From an uncultured virus (IMG/VR IMGVR_UViG_3300006100_001445) (Duplodnaviria; Heunggongvirae; Uroviricota; Caudoviricetes): DNA of 64,000 nucleotides. Under the pieces are notes generated by a model that saw only the letters and a list, made by a program, of their open reading frames with translations, did no database searches and was not told the origin of the DNA. Numbering within the stretch: position 1 is the first letter of the stretch; every line of letters starts with the position of its first letter. The position numbers and the translations under genes are program-made. Location: the IMG/VR virus record IMGVR_UViG_3300006100_001445. The stretch is one strand, 5' to 3'. This document shows positions 16,293-26,037 of this stretch, piece by piece.

Positions 16293-18308
16293 CTATTTAC
16301 TAGTAGCGTGATATACTCCGTCCCAGCTGGCGGGACAACCTTCTTCCAATCGTGCGGCCATTGCATCATAGTACTTTTCCATTCTAGGGTTGGCTTTTAC
16401 ACACCCTGGTATCAATGCTAATGCTTTTTTCCATTCGCCGGCGTAATACAATTTTAAGAAATCTTCGTGCTCTTTAGTACTCTGTTCCGGAGTATATATA
16501 TTTAATCCAATTGTTTTGCCTTTGACTGCTATGCAATCAAGTTCCATTACAGGTATTTCATTGCGTACCAGTTCTGCGGTGCGTGGGCCAATGATCAATA
16601 ATACTCCATATGCTTTGGTCTGTCCTTCTAGTCGCGCAGCAGTACTGACTGAGTCGCCCAACACGTCATAACCAAATTTGGTTTTGGCACCAATGTTACC
16701 AATCAAGGTCTCACCGGTGTTGACTCCAGCACCCATACCCACCGGTGGGCGTCCTTTGGCCACCAACTCCACGTTAAATTCTTCGATAGCTCGAATCATG
16801 TCCAATGCTGTGAGTACCGCGGTATGTGCGTGGTTGACGTCATCTAACGGGGCGCCGTGTACGTGCAAGCTGGCATCACCGATAAACTTGATCAGTGTAC
16901 CATTGTTCTTTAATACTGGTACACTCAAGGCTGTCATATAGTCATTCATGATCTGTGTTAGGCCTTCCACGTCATCGCCAAAACTTTCGCCTAGTGTAGT
17001 AAAGCCACGCAGGTCAGTCATGACAATTGAAAGCTCTTTGCGTTCACCGCCCAATTTAATCAGTGATGGATCCTTTTGTAATCGTTCTACTATGGTAGGA
17101 TTAACATAACTACCAAATTGCTTTTTGATTTGTTGTTTCTGTAGGAATTCGCTTACAAACTTAACACCGTAAGCATGAAGGAGAACAACAACAAGACCGC
17201 CAATAAGGGCAGTAACGTCAGTAAGCCAAAGATAATTCGTGTAAAAATACTGAGATAAAGGAAGCAAAACACCAATAGTGACAACACCAGTAACGAGTCC
17301 AACATATACCCACCTTGTTAAAAAAAGTAACGCTATGCCCAATACTACCAAGGCTAAAAGTTCGCCGCCGTCGGCCCAGTCAGGTCTGGTAATAGCCGGT
17401 CTGTCTCGATTGGCAATCACTGTACCCAGTACACTTGCTTGTAAATCTTGTGGCAACATTTCACCACGACTAGTAGCAACAGGATTAGCAAGACCTTGGG
17501 CACTCACACCCACAATGACTATGTTGCCTTCAAAATCCTGAGGCAAGTCTGTTAAACTGTAATGCTCTGGAACTAGACTCCAGTCAATCCAGATGCGACT
17601 CAAGCTGTCTGTGGTCACAGGACCAAACTTGGGAATACGCATTTTCTCAACGCCATTTTCATTTACTTTGATCTGTACTGTGGAGTCAGCACCGGCCACA
17701 CGTAAGGTCTCCATTGCTAAACTTGGATACAGTTTGCCATTGTAAGCAACTACCAAGGGCATACGACGTACAACACCATCCACTTCAGGGAGTGTATTGG
17801 TAACGCCAACACCAGCGGCCGCTGATTCCACCGCAGGTATATTGGCAATCAGTCCAGGATAAGTTACAAAGGTATCCAAGCCGTACGGGCCAATAACTAC
17901 AGATCCTGGAGCTCTAGGAGTGTTACGAGTTTGTGTACTACCTATGCTGGGTAGTACTGTTGGGAATTGTTTAAGTGCGGCTATATAATCCGCATCTCGA
18001 CCAAGGCGGTCACGATCAGGAGTGAGAATATTAAATACAACAAGGCCCGCATTGCGACGGTACAAATCACTAATAATTTTTCCATATATGTCTCTTGAAA
18101 AAGGAAATTGCCCGTATCGTTCCAGGGCTTTTTCATCAATATTTACCACGTCCACACCAATGGTTTCAGCTGGCCGACTTGTTACCAAAGTATCAAAGTA
18201 ACGTAGTCTTACGCTTTCAACAAATGTAGGGTCAGCTGCACGTACAGCAACAACTAGAGCTAGAGTTAGTAGAGCAGTCCAGGGACTGACAAGTATTTTT
18301 TTGAGCAT
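16293..18308 (-). CDS. CHASE2-domain class III adenylate/guanylate cyclase
   Basis: IDEKAL..GQFPFSR and DGVVRR (CHASE2), three TMs, TDLRGFT, KFIGDA, YDVLGDSVSTAARLEG. Confidence 0.93.
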   Translation of the reverse strand: MLKKILVSPWTALLTLALVVAVRAADPTFVESVRLRYFDTLVTSRPAETIGVDVVNIDEKALERYGQFPFSRDIYGKIISDLYRRNAGLVVFNILTPDRDRLGRDADYIAALKQFPTVLPSIGSTQTRNTPRAPGSVVIGPYGLDTFVTYPGLIANIPAVESAAAGVGVTNTLPEVDGVVRRMPLVVAYNGKLYPSLAMETLRVAGADSTVQIKVNENGVEKMRIPKFGPVTTDSLSRIWIDWSLVPEHYSLTDLPQDFEGNIVIVGVSAQGLANPVATSRGEMLPQDLQASVLGTVIANRDRPAITRPDWADGGELLALVVLGIALLFLTRWVYVGLVTGVVTIGVLLPLSQYFYTNYLWLTDVTALIGGLVVVLLHAYGVKFVSEFLQKQQIKKQFGSYVNPTIVERLQKDPSLIKLGGERKELSIVMTDLRGFTTLGESFGDDVEGLTQIMNDYMTALSVPVLKNNGTLIKFIGDASLHVHGAPLDDVNHAHTAVLTALDMIRAIEEFNVELVAKGRPPVGMGAGVNTGETLIGNIGAKTKFGYDVLGDSVSTAARLEGQTKAYGVLLIIGPRTAELVRNEIPVMELDCIAVKGKTIGLNIYTPEQSTKEHEDFLKLYYAGEWKKALALIPGCVKANPRMEKYYDAMAARLEEGCPASWDGVYHATSK

Positions 18309-18318
18309 CAAGTATTTA

Positions 18319-20049
18319 TTATGAGGTCAACAGGCCATCTAATAGAAGTCCTTGTGTGCCAGTTGGATCTCCTGGAACTGATGTGATTTGTGTCCATGTG
18401 GCTCCGTCGGGACTGTACCAATAAGACGAAACATATGGATTTATGGTGGTACTGGCTGCAATAAATTCTGTTCCGGTCCATACCAGTTTATTCCAATAGA
18501 ATTGACCCGAAAATACGCCAGAATGTTGTGTCCAGTTTACACCGTCGGTGCTGGTGTAACTGAAAGTCTGAAGAGTATTTAGTACCACAAACACTCCGTT
18601 TCCGTAAGCCCATAGTACGTTATCGTAGTAGAGAATACCAGGAGTTGAGTAGGTATTGCTGGTCCATGATGACATATTATTGGTTGAAGTTGCTACCATC
18701 AAGTTTCCACTTGTGCTCGGCGTGTGATCAATTGCATACCACTTGTTCAATGATGGTACATATACCGGTGTTGTTGAAAAATTGGTCGGTCTTACTGGGC
18801 CTTGTGTCCAAGTTATTCCATCTGTACTGCTGTATCCATTGGAACCAAACGGAGCAAGAGCCACAAAAATATTATTACCAAATCCACCGCCGACGTAGTA
18901 GTTGCTAGGCAACGGGTTAATACTGGTCCACGTGCTTCCATTATTGGTACTGTAGGCTACTTGTGTAGATTGTGCATTAGGACCGCCTGCAACTGCTACC
19001 CAGGTTCCGTTACCGTATGCAAGACCGCTCCAACGAATGTTAGCAGGGTTGGGACTAAATTGTGGCAATCTGGTGACCTGGTTCCAGGTAATACCGTCAC
19101 TGGTAGTCAATGCATTTCCAGCGGTGTTGGTTGTGCCACCTTGTCCGTACCCGTCCGCCACCATTAACACGTTGCCTGAAGATGCACAATATCCAGCAGT
19201 TATTGTTGACTGTGGTACAGTGGTACTTGACACTATGCTAGTGTATGGATCAACAGAATAGGCTCCAAACGATGCTGGGGCACTGCTGTACGCAAAGAAT
19301 ACTACTCGATTTCCACCGCGGCCAGGAGTTGTGCTTGTATCGTTGACGGTGATGGTTGATGTTGTGGCTACTACTGTACCACTAGTACTACCAGTACGGA
19401 TTTGTACTGTAAAGGTTTCTGCTCCTTCTGTCAAGTTGTCAGCTGTGGGTGTTACACTAAATGATCCTGAGTTACTTGTAATGGAGAAACTTCCACTATT
19501 GGTACCAAAGTCAGCAGTACTTGTTGTGCCGTTATTAATGGTCCAGTAGTATGTGCCATCTGTGATATTTGATCCTGTGACATTAATGGTTAAGCTACTG
19601 CCTTCGTTGACATTGTTTGCAGTAGGAGTTGCAGTATAGCTTGGAGCAGGTGTTGTGCTTGTATCATTGACTGTGACAGAAGTACTGGTAGCGACTACTG
19701 TACCAGAAGTACTACCTGTGAGAACAGATACAGTAAAGGTTTCTGCTCCTTCTGTCAAGTTGTCAGCTGTGGGTGTTACTGTAAATGAACCTGAGTTGCC
19801 AGTAATAGTAAACAAACCAGAGTTAGTTCCAAAGTCTGCGGTACTGGTGGTTACGTTATTGATAGCCCAGTAGTATGTGCCATCTGTGATGTTGGTACCA
19901 GATACTGTGAATGTTAGACCGCTGCCTTCGTTGATGCTACCAGCACCGGGTGTTACGCTATAGGTTGGTGTAGGGGAAGAAGAAATTGTACCGCCCCCTA
20001 GGCTGATGCCGCTACCAATTGTTATGCCGCCACCAATAGTTATTGCCAT
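18319..20049 (-). CDS. virion fibre/decoration protein with two Calx-beta-like repeats and a BNR-type propeller
   Basis: MAITIGGGITIG start; DNLTEGAETF twice; repeated S-T-D-G-x-x-W motifs. Confidence 0.7.
   Translation of the reverse strand: MAITIGGGITIGSGISLGGGTISSSPTPTYSVTPGAGSINEGSGLTFTVSGTNITDGTYYWAINNVTTSTADFGTNSGLFTITGNSGSFTVTPTADNLTEGAETFTVSVLTGSTSGTVVATSTSVTVNDTSTTPAPSYTATPTANNVNEGSSLTINVTGSNITDGTYYWTINNGTTSTADFGTNSGSFSITSNSGSFSVTPTADNLTEGAETFTVQIRTGSTSGTVVATTSTITVNDTSTTPGRGGNRVVFFAYSSAPASFGAYSVDPYTSIVSSTTVPQSTITAGYCASSGNVLMVADGYGQGGTTNTAGNALTTSDGITWNQVTRLPQFSPNPANIRWSGLAYGNGTWVAVAGGPNAQSTQVAYSTNNGSTWTSINPLPSNYYVGGGFGNNIFVALAPFGSNGYSSTDGITWTQGPVRPTNFSTTPVYVPSLNKWYAIDHTPSTSGNLMVATSTNNMSSWTSNTYSTPGILYYDNVLWAYGNGVFVVLNTLQTFSYTSTDGVNWTQHSGVFSGQFYWNKLVWTGTEFIAASTTINPYVSSYWYSPDGATWTQITSVPGDPTGTQGLLLDGLLTS
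19326..19965 (-). repeat. intragenic tandem duplication, period about 324 nt
   Basis: taaaggtttctgctccttctgtcaagttgtcagctgtgggtgttac at 19410 and 19734. Confidence 0.85.
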
Positions 20050-20069
20050 TTTAAAGTCCTATTTACATT

Positions 20070-21068
20070 TTAATATTTATCCGCTTCTACTAGATTTTCA
20101 CGGAATATACGCCAACATTCTTCCCAAGTCCACTGTTGACTAGACTGTTTGACCACGTTTCGATCTAGGGTCAAGCATTCGCGTACAGCCTCTTCCAGGT
20201 CCCACGACATATAACCATTTACACCCTGTTCGATAATGTCTACAGGACCTTGTACAGGAAAAGCCGCCACTGGACAACCTTGTGCCATTGCTTCAATAAT
20301 AACCAGGCCAAAAGTATCTGCTTGGCTAGGGAATACAAAAACGTCTGCTTGATGATAATAGTCCACTAATTCTTGTCCAGACTTGTAGCCAACAAAATGA
20401 GCTTCGGGCAACAACTGTCTAGCACGACTCATATATGGTCCATCACCCACAATGACCAGGTTGTACTGGTCACTGTCCAACTCCACCAGGCTGGCTAGAC
20501 CTTTTTCGCTACTGACACGGCCCACATTGAGCAACAACGGGCGTGTACGTTCACAACGCTCCCGGCTAGGCTCAATGTCTCTGCGGACTCCGCGTGTCCA
20601 TACGACCATACGTTCAAATCCGTGCTGTGCCAAATCCTGTTGAATAGTGCGAGTAGTAACCAGCACACGATGACTGTTCTTGTGAAACCAACGCAGGTAC
20701 CAATAAGTTATGCTCTTGGGCACACGGTACATGGTCTTTAAGAACTCGGGGAAATCAGTATGATAACTAGTATTATAAGGAATATGATTGCGCTCACACC
20801 ACCACCTTGCAAATAGGCCTACAGGCCCTTCTGTAGCGATGTGTATAAAATCCGGACATATCGCTTTAATTTTTTTACTGATGCCGTGCGGCCAACAGAG
20901 ACGAACTTCAGGATAGCCAGGGCAAGCAAAATTAGGGAACTGCCCGGGATCACAATAAACAACACGATACCCATCACGGCCAGCGTGATCTTCCAGGTTT
21001 TTGAAAGTTGTGACCACACCATTGATTTGATCCTTTAGGTTGTCGGTTATTACCAATATAGTTTTCAT
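20070..21068 (-). CDS. GT4 glycosyltransferase, Agt-like (glycolipid synthase)
   Basis: QINGVVTT, YPEVRL, HIATEGPVG, YHTDFPE, VGRVSSEK, DTFGLVIIEAMAQGCPV. Confidence 0.85.
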   Translation of the reverse strand: MKTILVITDNLKDQINGVVTTFKNLEDHAGRDGYRVVYCDPGQFPNFACPGYPEVRLCWPHGISKKIKAICPDFIHIATEGPVGLFARWWCERNHIPYNTSYHTDFPEFLKTMYRVPKSITYWYLRWFHKNSHRVLVTTRTIQQDLAQHGFERMVVWTRGVRRDIEPSRERCERTRPLLLNVGRVSSEKGLASLVELDSDQYNLVIVGDGPYMSRARQLLPEAHFVGYKSGQELVDYYHQADVFVFPSQADTFGLVIIEAMAQGCPVAAFPVQGPVDIIEQGVNGYMSWDLEEAVRECLTLDRNVVKQSSQQWTWEECWRIFRENLVEADKY

Positions 21069-21946
21069 TGAATTTTTAGTCTAATATATTCTGTGATGGC
21101 ATCAGCTACATTGACATCGCAGTATCGTTCAAATCCACGAAAACCTGGATTGCTATTTACTTCGCATACTCTGAAACTGTCGCCATCAAACAACAAATCA
21201 ATACCGGCAACTTCTAGTCCCAACAGTCTGGCAGCTTCTCTAGATATGTAATCAATTTCGTCTGACACAGGGAATGGCTCACCGTGGCCACCTTGGCTGA
21301 TGTTGGCACGAAAATCATCATTGCTGATTCTGCGCATAGCGCCAATCACACGTCCGCCAACTACCAACACACGTAGGTCTTCGCCAACTCGGTCAGCCAT
21401 GTATTCTTGTACAATAAGAGTTTGACGATTGCCCAAGGTAACTGCCATATTCATCAAGGCTGTGAAATGTTTGCGTTTTTTGCAGAGATATACGCCATTG
21501 CCTTGACTGCCCGACACTACCTTAACCACACAGGGCCAGCCTATTTCTCGTTCAATCAATTCTTCATCCACCGGCCACTTGAACATCAAAGTTTTGGGAA
21601 TACGAATACCGTTGTTGGCCAAAATCTGGCAAGTACGCAATTTGTCTCGGGCATTTTCAATTGCTGTGGGACTGTTGATAACTGGAATTCCGGCCTGTTC
21701 AAATTCTCGCATAATGGCCAGGTTAAAATTGTTTTCGCCACTGGTGCCACGCAGTATTACAAATTTGGGCCACTCAAAATCTTGACCATTCAATTTGACG
21801 CTGTGTTCTATTTCGTGAGTCACTACCAGATCAAAGTCTTTTGGATGCTTGACAGTTGTTTTGATTTTTTTATCGGCAAAACTTTCTTCCAGGCGGCGGC
21901 GTTCGTAGGCTTTTTTTGTTTGTTTAGTTAGAAGTAATACTGTCAT
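21065..21946 (-). CDS. rimK: RimK-family ATP-grasp ligase
   Basis: ARDKLRT, VVKVVSGSQGNGV, DLRVLVVG, DFRANISQGG, EVNSNPGF. Confidence 0.88.
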   Translation of the reverse strand: MTVLLLTKQTKKAYERRRLEESFADKKIKTTVKHPKDFDLVVTHEIEHSVKLNGQDFEWPKFVILRGTSGENNFNLAIMREFEQAGIPVINSPTAIENARDKLRTCQILANNGIRIPKTLMFKWPVDEELIEREIGWPCVVKVVSGSQGNGVYLCKKRKHFTALMNMAVTLGNRQTLIVQEYMADRVGEDLRVLVVGGRVIGAMRRISNDDFRANISQGGHGEPFPVSDEIDYISREAARLLGLEVAGIDLLFDGDSFRVCEVNSNPGFRGFERYCDVNVADAITEYIRLKIQ

Positions 21947-22691
21947 GAGCTTGTGTCCAGGTTATGATTTCCCATTGCCCGTCGTGATGTTCGACCAAGG
22001 CTGTCATTGATTCCACCCAATCGCCATCGTTCATATATGTGACTCCGTCAATGTCTTTGATTTCTGCGTGATGTATATGCCCACATATTACACCATCGAA
22101 GCCACGTTTTTTACAGTATGTTGCTAGATTCCGTTCAAATTGAAAAATGAAATCTACACTACTTTTTACTTTGTGTTTGAGAAATTTTGACAGGGACCAG
22201 TAGCCAAATCCTAGACGATGACGAATCCAGTTGTAGCTAGAGTTCAAGTTTAGCACAAAGTCATACATCTTGTCACCCAAAAAGGCTAACCAAGGCGCCA
22301 ATTTGGTAATACCGTCAAACAGATCACCGTGAGTAACCAGATAACGTTTGCCATCGGCTCCCACGTGTTCGCATTGATTTACAATTTCTACTCGTCCAAA
22401 ACCCATACCATATGGTATCAGTGGACGAAGAAACTCGTCGTGGTTACCAGCTACGTATACAACTCGTGTGTTACGTTTAGCGTGGCCCAAGATTCGTCTG
22501 ACAGCATTGGTGTGACTCTGTCGCCAGCGCCACTTGTTTTGTTGAATTTTCCAAGCATCAATTATATCGCCCACTAGATAAAGTGTTTCGCAGGTGTTGT
22601 GTTTGAGAAAGTTGTTGAGTTCCTCGGCCTTGCAATCTCTGGTGCCAAAGTGTACATCGGAAATAAAAATTGAGCGATAAGTACGATTCAT
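21924..22691 (-). CDS. PlcP/LpxH2-like metallophosphoesterase (phospholipase C)
   Basis: FISDVHFG, LYLVGDIID, GNHDE, HGDLFD, CGHIH, YMNDGDWVESMTALVE. Confidence 0.88.
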   Translation of the reverse strand: MNRTYRSIFISDVHFGTRDCKAEELNNFLKHNTCETLYLVGDIIDAWKIQQNKWRWRQSHTNAVRRILGHAKRNTRVVYVAGNHDEFLRPLIPYGMGFGRVEIVNQCEHVGADGKRYLVTHGDLFDGITKLAPWLAFLGDKMYDFVLNLNSSYNWIRHRLGFGYWSLSKFLKHKVKSSVDFIFQFERNLATYCKKRGFDGVICGHIHHAEIKDIDGVTYMNDGDWVESMTALVEHHDGQWEIITWTQAHDSITSN

Positions 22692-22736
22692 AATCGTATT
22701 TACCGCCCAATCGGTAGTTGATGTATTACAGTATAA

Positions 22737-22895
22737 TTAAATCTGTACTACTGTCCATTTTGGTGTAAATGGTTTGCCTTCGGCCTTGTGTTTCAAGATT
22801 TTGGCGAACTCTTTTTTGCGAAGTTCAAACTGTTTCTCGGCATCGTGGTCAACACAAGCCTGATACACTTGAGAAATTAATTTCCGTTGTTTCAT
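22737..22895 (-). CDS. 52-aa basic small protein
   Basis: [21 protein letters not shown]...KWTVVQI; not in the ORF track. Confidence 0.65.
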   Translation of the reverse strand: MKQRKLISQVYQACVDHDAEKQFELRKKEFAKILKHKAEGKPFTPKWTVVQI

Positions 22896-22915
22896 AGCTT
22901 ATCTCCCTTTCGGTT

Positions 22916-22934
22916 ACTGTAATAAAACTGTAAC
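22916..22934. promoter_or_regulatory. Pho-box-like direct repeat overlapping the -10 of a minus-strand promoter
   Basis: CTGTAAT-AAAA-CTGTAAC; promoter TTGACA-N17-TACAGT on the minus strand. Confidence 0.5.
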
Positions 22935-22970
22935 ATAGTATTTAGCTGTTGTCAACCAGAAAATTGTGAC

Positions 22971-22994
22971 AAAGAAAAAGGACCTTTCGGTCCC
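22971..22994 (-). terminator. intrinsic terminator ending the curli-like operon
   Basis: GGGACC-GAAA-GGTCC-TTTTTCTTT. Confidence 0.8.
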
Positions 22995-23043
22995 TTAGCG
23001 TGGATTACGGATTCCCACGACACCTTATCTTGTGCCCGCACAC

Positions 23044-23223
23044 TTATTTAGCTTTACGCAACTGTTCTTTTTGACGACGTATTTCTGCCATTTCGGCTTC
23101 GTACTTGACCCGAGCTTCTTGTGTACTGCGTTCGTATGGTCTTTCAACAAATCTGTGCATTGCATACGCAACAGCAAGACCAAATAAGCCGCCGGCAATT
23201 TGAGCCAGTAATTCAATAAACAT
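23044..23223 (-). CDS. 59-aa TM + coiled-coil protein
   Basis: GAGGAGG SD; MFIELLAQIAGGLFGLAVAYAMHRF...; not in the ORF track. Confidence 0.7.
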   Translation of the reverse strand: MFIELLAQIAGGLFGLAVAYAMHRFVERPYERSTQEARVKYEAEMAEIRRQKEQLRKAK

Positions 23224-23404
23224 AAGGTACCTCCTCTAAAAATGGATATTTGATCATAATAAAATCTCGATATTCTGTTGGCACATAAAATTCTACCACA
23301 TATCTTTGTATTTCAAAATATCCGCCGCATTCATGCACATACAAACTTACATCATCTAAATTATCTTCGTAGTATCGATATTTGTTTACGGTAAATGATA
23401 TCAC
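23213..23404 (-). CDS. hypothetical small protein
   Basis: 63 aa, GTG start after AAGG, fills the operon gap. Confidence 0.5.
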   Translation of the reverse strand: MISFTVNKYRYYEDNLDDVSLYVHECGGYFEIQRYVVEFYVPTEYRDFIMIKYPFLEEVPYVY

Positions 23405-23405
23405 G

Positions 23406-24878
23406 TTAGTTTCCTTGACGTACGGTTACTGTACCACAGGTGGTGGCGCAGGTTTGTGTTACCGAATAGTTTTGCCCACCTGTTTGTGTCAGGTTCACCG
23501 ACGCCGGTGCTCCTGCATTTATTAAAGTTATTGATGCGTTATTAGATCCGCCACTACCGGCGTTTGATTGTGTTACCACAGCAGAGTTACCATTGCCTGA
23601 AGCATTGATGTTGACGTAGCCAGCACTGGTTCCTGTTTGTGTTGTGGTTATGTTGTTGCTGTTGCCCGATACTGTGGCAAACAATTGATTTCTGGCGTTG
23701 CCGGTTTGTGTAATGCCCACGGTGTTTAAGTTGCCTATTATGGCCACGCTGGAAAATTGCCCGGCGCCAGTGGCAGTATTTTCCTGAACTACTGTCAAGT
23801 TATTGCCTGTGCCATTCACATAGTCAAACTGATAGTGTCCGCCAGTATCCAAGCCAGTTGAATTACCGTTACTATCTGTGCCTTGATTTAGGTTAAGAGT
23901 ATTGTTGCCACCCACCGCGGCCAAATCAATTAGGTTGTTGTTTGATTGTTGTCGTACAGTAATGTGATTACCGCCGCCGGTGATGGGCGCGGCCGTGGTG
24001 TAGCCTGGTCCGTTTGCAGTACTTGTTGCTCCGTCAATACGGTTTCCGGCACCTTTTTGTGTAATATTAATGGTGTCGCCTGTGCCAGTTTGATTTATAT
24101 AAATGCTGTTGTCGCCCAGGCCAGGCATTCTTGAGGCCACTGCGTTGACCATCTGTTGTTGTGTGCCAGTGATGGTTGAAGATCCACCTGTGTCAGTTGT
24201 ACTGATCAGTGTAGCGGCGCCATTGTTGGCAGTGGTTTGTGAGCCATCGCTGTAGTAGGTAATGGTCACAGGTTGGTTGTAGGTAGATGTCACAGATCCC
24301 GAAGTTGATGTAGTTGTAACGGTTCCACCGCCATACCCTGTAACACTGGGCCCCCAATAACTGGCACTGGTAGCCAGCATTGACGTAGGTACTATTTGCC
24401 AACTACCGTTGGTATACCACCAAAATTGTACCATGGCACCGCCACCGTTTTCATAATACCAAATATCCGCTGGTACTATTTGTCCTGCTGTGAGATATAT
24501 ACTGCCCGATCTAAATGTAGGTCCTTGTTCGCACCAACAGGCAGTCACTACAGTATTGTTGATAGTTAACTGATTGCCGTCGTCGCTGGTAATGCCAAAA
24601 TAATAAGTTCCTGTAGTTGGTGCTTGCAAGTAGCCTTGAAAGTGTATGATAACTCCATCATACAGTCTGCTATCTAAAACTAAACCGCCGCCCCAGTCAT
24701 AATTGATTGACGTAGTTACACCTGTAGTATCTACAGTTCTATTACTTGTACTAGGACTGGCGCCACCAGCATAATAGGTAGTGTAGTTCCAGCCAGCTAC
24801 CCCGGCAGCGTGAGCTCGATTGCACTGACCAAGTCCGGCAAGTAAAACAGCAACAAATAGGTAGGCAACAAATTTCAT
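23406..24878 (-). CDS. secreted PA14-domain + curlin-repeat protein
   Basis: Signal peptide; INYDWGGG, TSDDG, WYYENGGG (PA14); C-terminal Q-x-G-x-x-N repeats. Confidence 0.82.
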   Translation of the reverse strand: MKFVAYLFVAVLLAGLGQCNRAHAAGVAGWNYTTYYAGGASPSTSNRTVDTTGVTTSINYDWGGGLVLDSRLYDGVIIHFQGYLQAPTTGTYYFGITSDDGNQLTINNTVVTACWCEQGPTFRSGSIYLTAGQIVPADIWYYENGGGAMVQFWWYTNGSWQIVPTSMLATSASYWGPSVTGYGGGTVTTTSTSGSVTSTYNQPVTITYYSDGSQTTANNGAATLISTTDTGGSSTITGTQQQMVNAVASRMPGLGDNSIYINQTGTGDTINITQKGAGNRIDGATSTANGPGYTTAAPITGGGNHITVRQQSNNNLIDLAAVGGNNTLNLNQGTDSNGNSTGLDTGGHYQFDYVNGTGNNLTVVQENTATGAGQFSSVAIIGNLNTVGITQTGNARNQLFATVSGNSNNITTTQTGTSAGYVNINASGNGNSAVVTQSNAGSGGSNNASITLINAGAPASVNLTQTGGQNYSVTQTCATTCGTVTVRQGN

Positions 24879-24879
24879 A

Positions 24880-26037
24880 TCAGTTCTGCTTTATGTTTAT
24901 GTAAGTATTGCCACCAGCGTTGATACGATTTTTAATAGCCACATTTTCACTTTGTGTCTGTGTAACTGTTGAATTCTGTACGTGCGGTGTGGTAACGCAG
25001 CTGGTGTTGTTGCCAGAGTCTGTACGACATAGTGTAACACTGATAGGATCAACCGTGGCTACCACACCAGTTTCTTTTTTATAATCAGGCAACAAACTGT
25101 TTGTTTTTGGTGCCAACAGGTTTCCAAACTCTGCAGCCAACTGATCGTTCAACAAGGTCAACACATTGGCCAAGAAGTCTTGATCCAAAAAGTTACGTTC
25201 TAATGCATTGCTCAAGTAGGTTGCGTTCTGTGCGGCCAGCACACTACCTAAGTCAACACCCTGCAAGAAGTTTTGACTCAAGGCTGTTACGGCTTGTTGT
25301 TTTTCTTCTTCTCTTTGTTTGATTGCGTTTTTGATTTCTTGTGGCGGTGCCAAGATCAAAATGTTGCTGATACCATCTTCGTTTAAGCGTAGTACGGCAG
25401 GTTTTGTGGGGGCTATGTTTCTAGCTGTAACTTTGGTACCTTGGAATGGTTGATCCAGTGTAACGGTACCGGCATCATTGATAACATCAATACGACCAGT
25501 CTTACATAGTCTTTCTATTTCGTCTGGTAGTAGATCTTTTCTTGGACACGATGGTAATAAAATTACAGTTGATTCACCCAGTTCGTCCACAGTAGCAGTA
25601 AAATCAGTACCGCGAACAGCAATGGTAGCAGTAGGAGTGTTGATAGCCACCTTATTAGGATTGTTATGAGCAATCGCCCCCGAGGCGTAGCGAACTGTTC
25701 CGCTGGCCATGTTGAGAGCCAGCTTGCCAGCATCTTTATTTTTTGGGTCGTAAACAAATTCGTCAATGACCAGTTTTGAATTTTCATTTACCTGTACCTT
25801 GGTTTCATCGGCAAATACTATACCGACCTTACCCTTTGTTGTGTTTATTGCGTCGGCCATTTCTACTGGAGTGCCCTTGGTTCCAGTTAACGTGGATTTT
25901 GCCCGTTGAATCTGTGCCGGAGTGTTCACCTGTTCCGTTATGGTCCCGATTCCGGCTACGCAATTCGTGGAGATACTGGCAAAGGCGGCGCATAGTACCA
26001 CTGTCCATATCAGTCTCCCTTTATAAACCAGCTGCAT
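24880..26037 (-). CDS. FecR-domain protein
   Basis: FADETKVQVNENSKLVID..GTVRY..TPTATIAVRGTDF. Confidence 0.88.
   Translation of the reverse strand: MQLVYKGRLIWTVVLCAAFASISTNCVAGIGTITEQVNTPAQIQRAKSTLTGTKGTPVEMADAINTTKGKVGIVFADETKVQVNENSKLVIDEFVYDPKNKDAGKLALNMASGTVRYASGAIAHNNPNKVAINTPTATIAVRGTDFTATVDELGESTVILLPSCPRKDLLPDEIERLCKTGRIDVINDAGTVTLDQPFQGTKVTARNIAPTKPAVLRLNEDGISNILILAPPQEIKNAIKQREEEKQQAVTALSQNFLQGVDLGSVLAAQNATYLSNALERNFLDQDFLANVLTLLNDQLAAEFGNLLAPKTNSLLPDYKKETGVVATVDPISVTLCRTDSGNNTSCVTTPHVQNSTVTQTQSENVAIKNRINAGGNTYINIKQN

Noticed and set aside
16139..16369. Small ORF at the desaturase/cyclase convergence
   Set aside because: Overlaps both neighbours and has no convincing start or SD.
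19326..19965. Near-identical repeats as a DGR template/variable pair
   Set aside because: In-frame tandem domain duplication inside one gene; differences are not adenine-specific and no reverse transcriptase is present.
23025..23216. Track ORF MNYWLKL...
   Set aside because: Another frame (23044..23223) has a strong GAGGAGG SD and a coherent TM/coiled-coil product.
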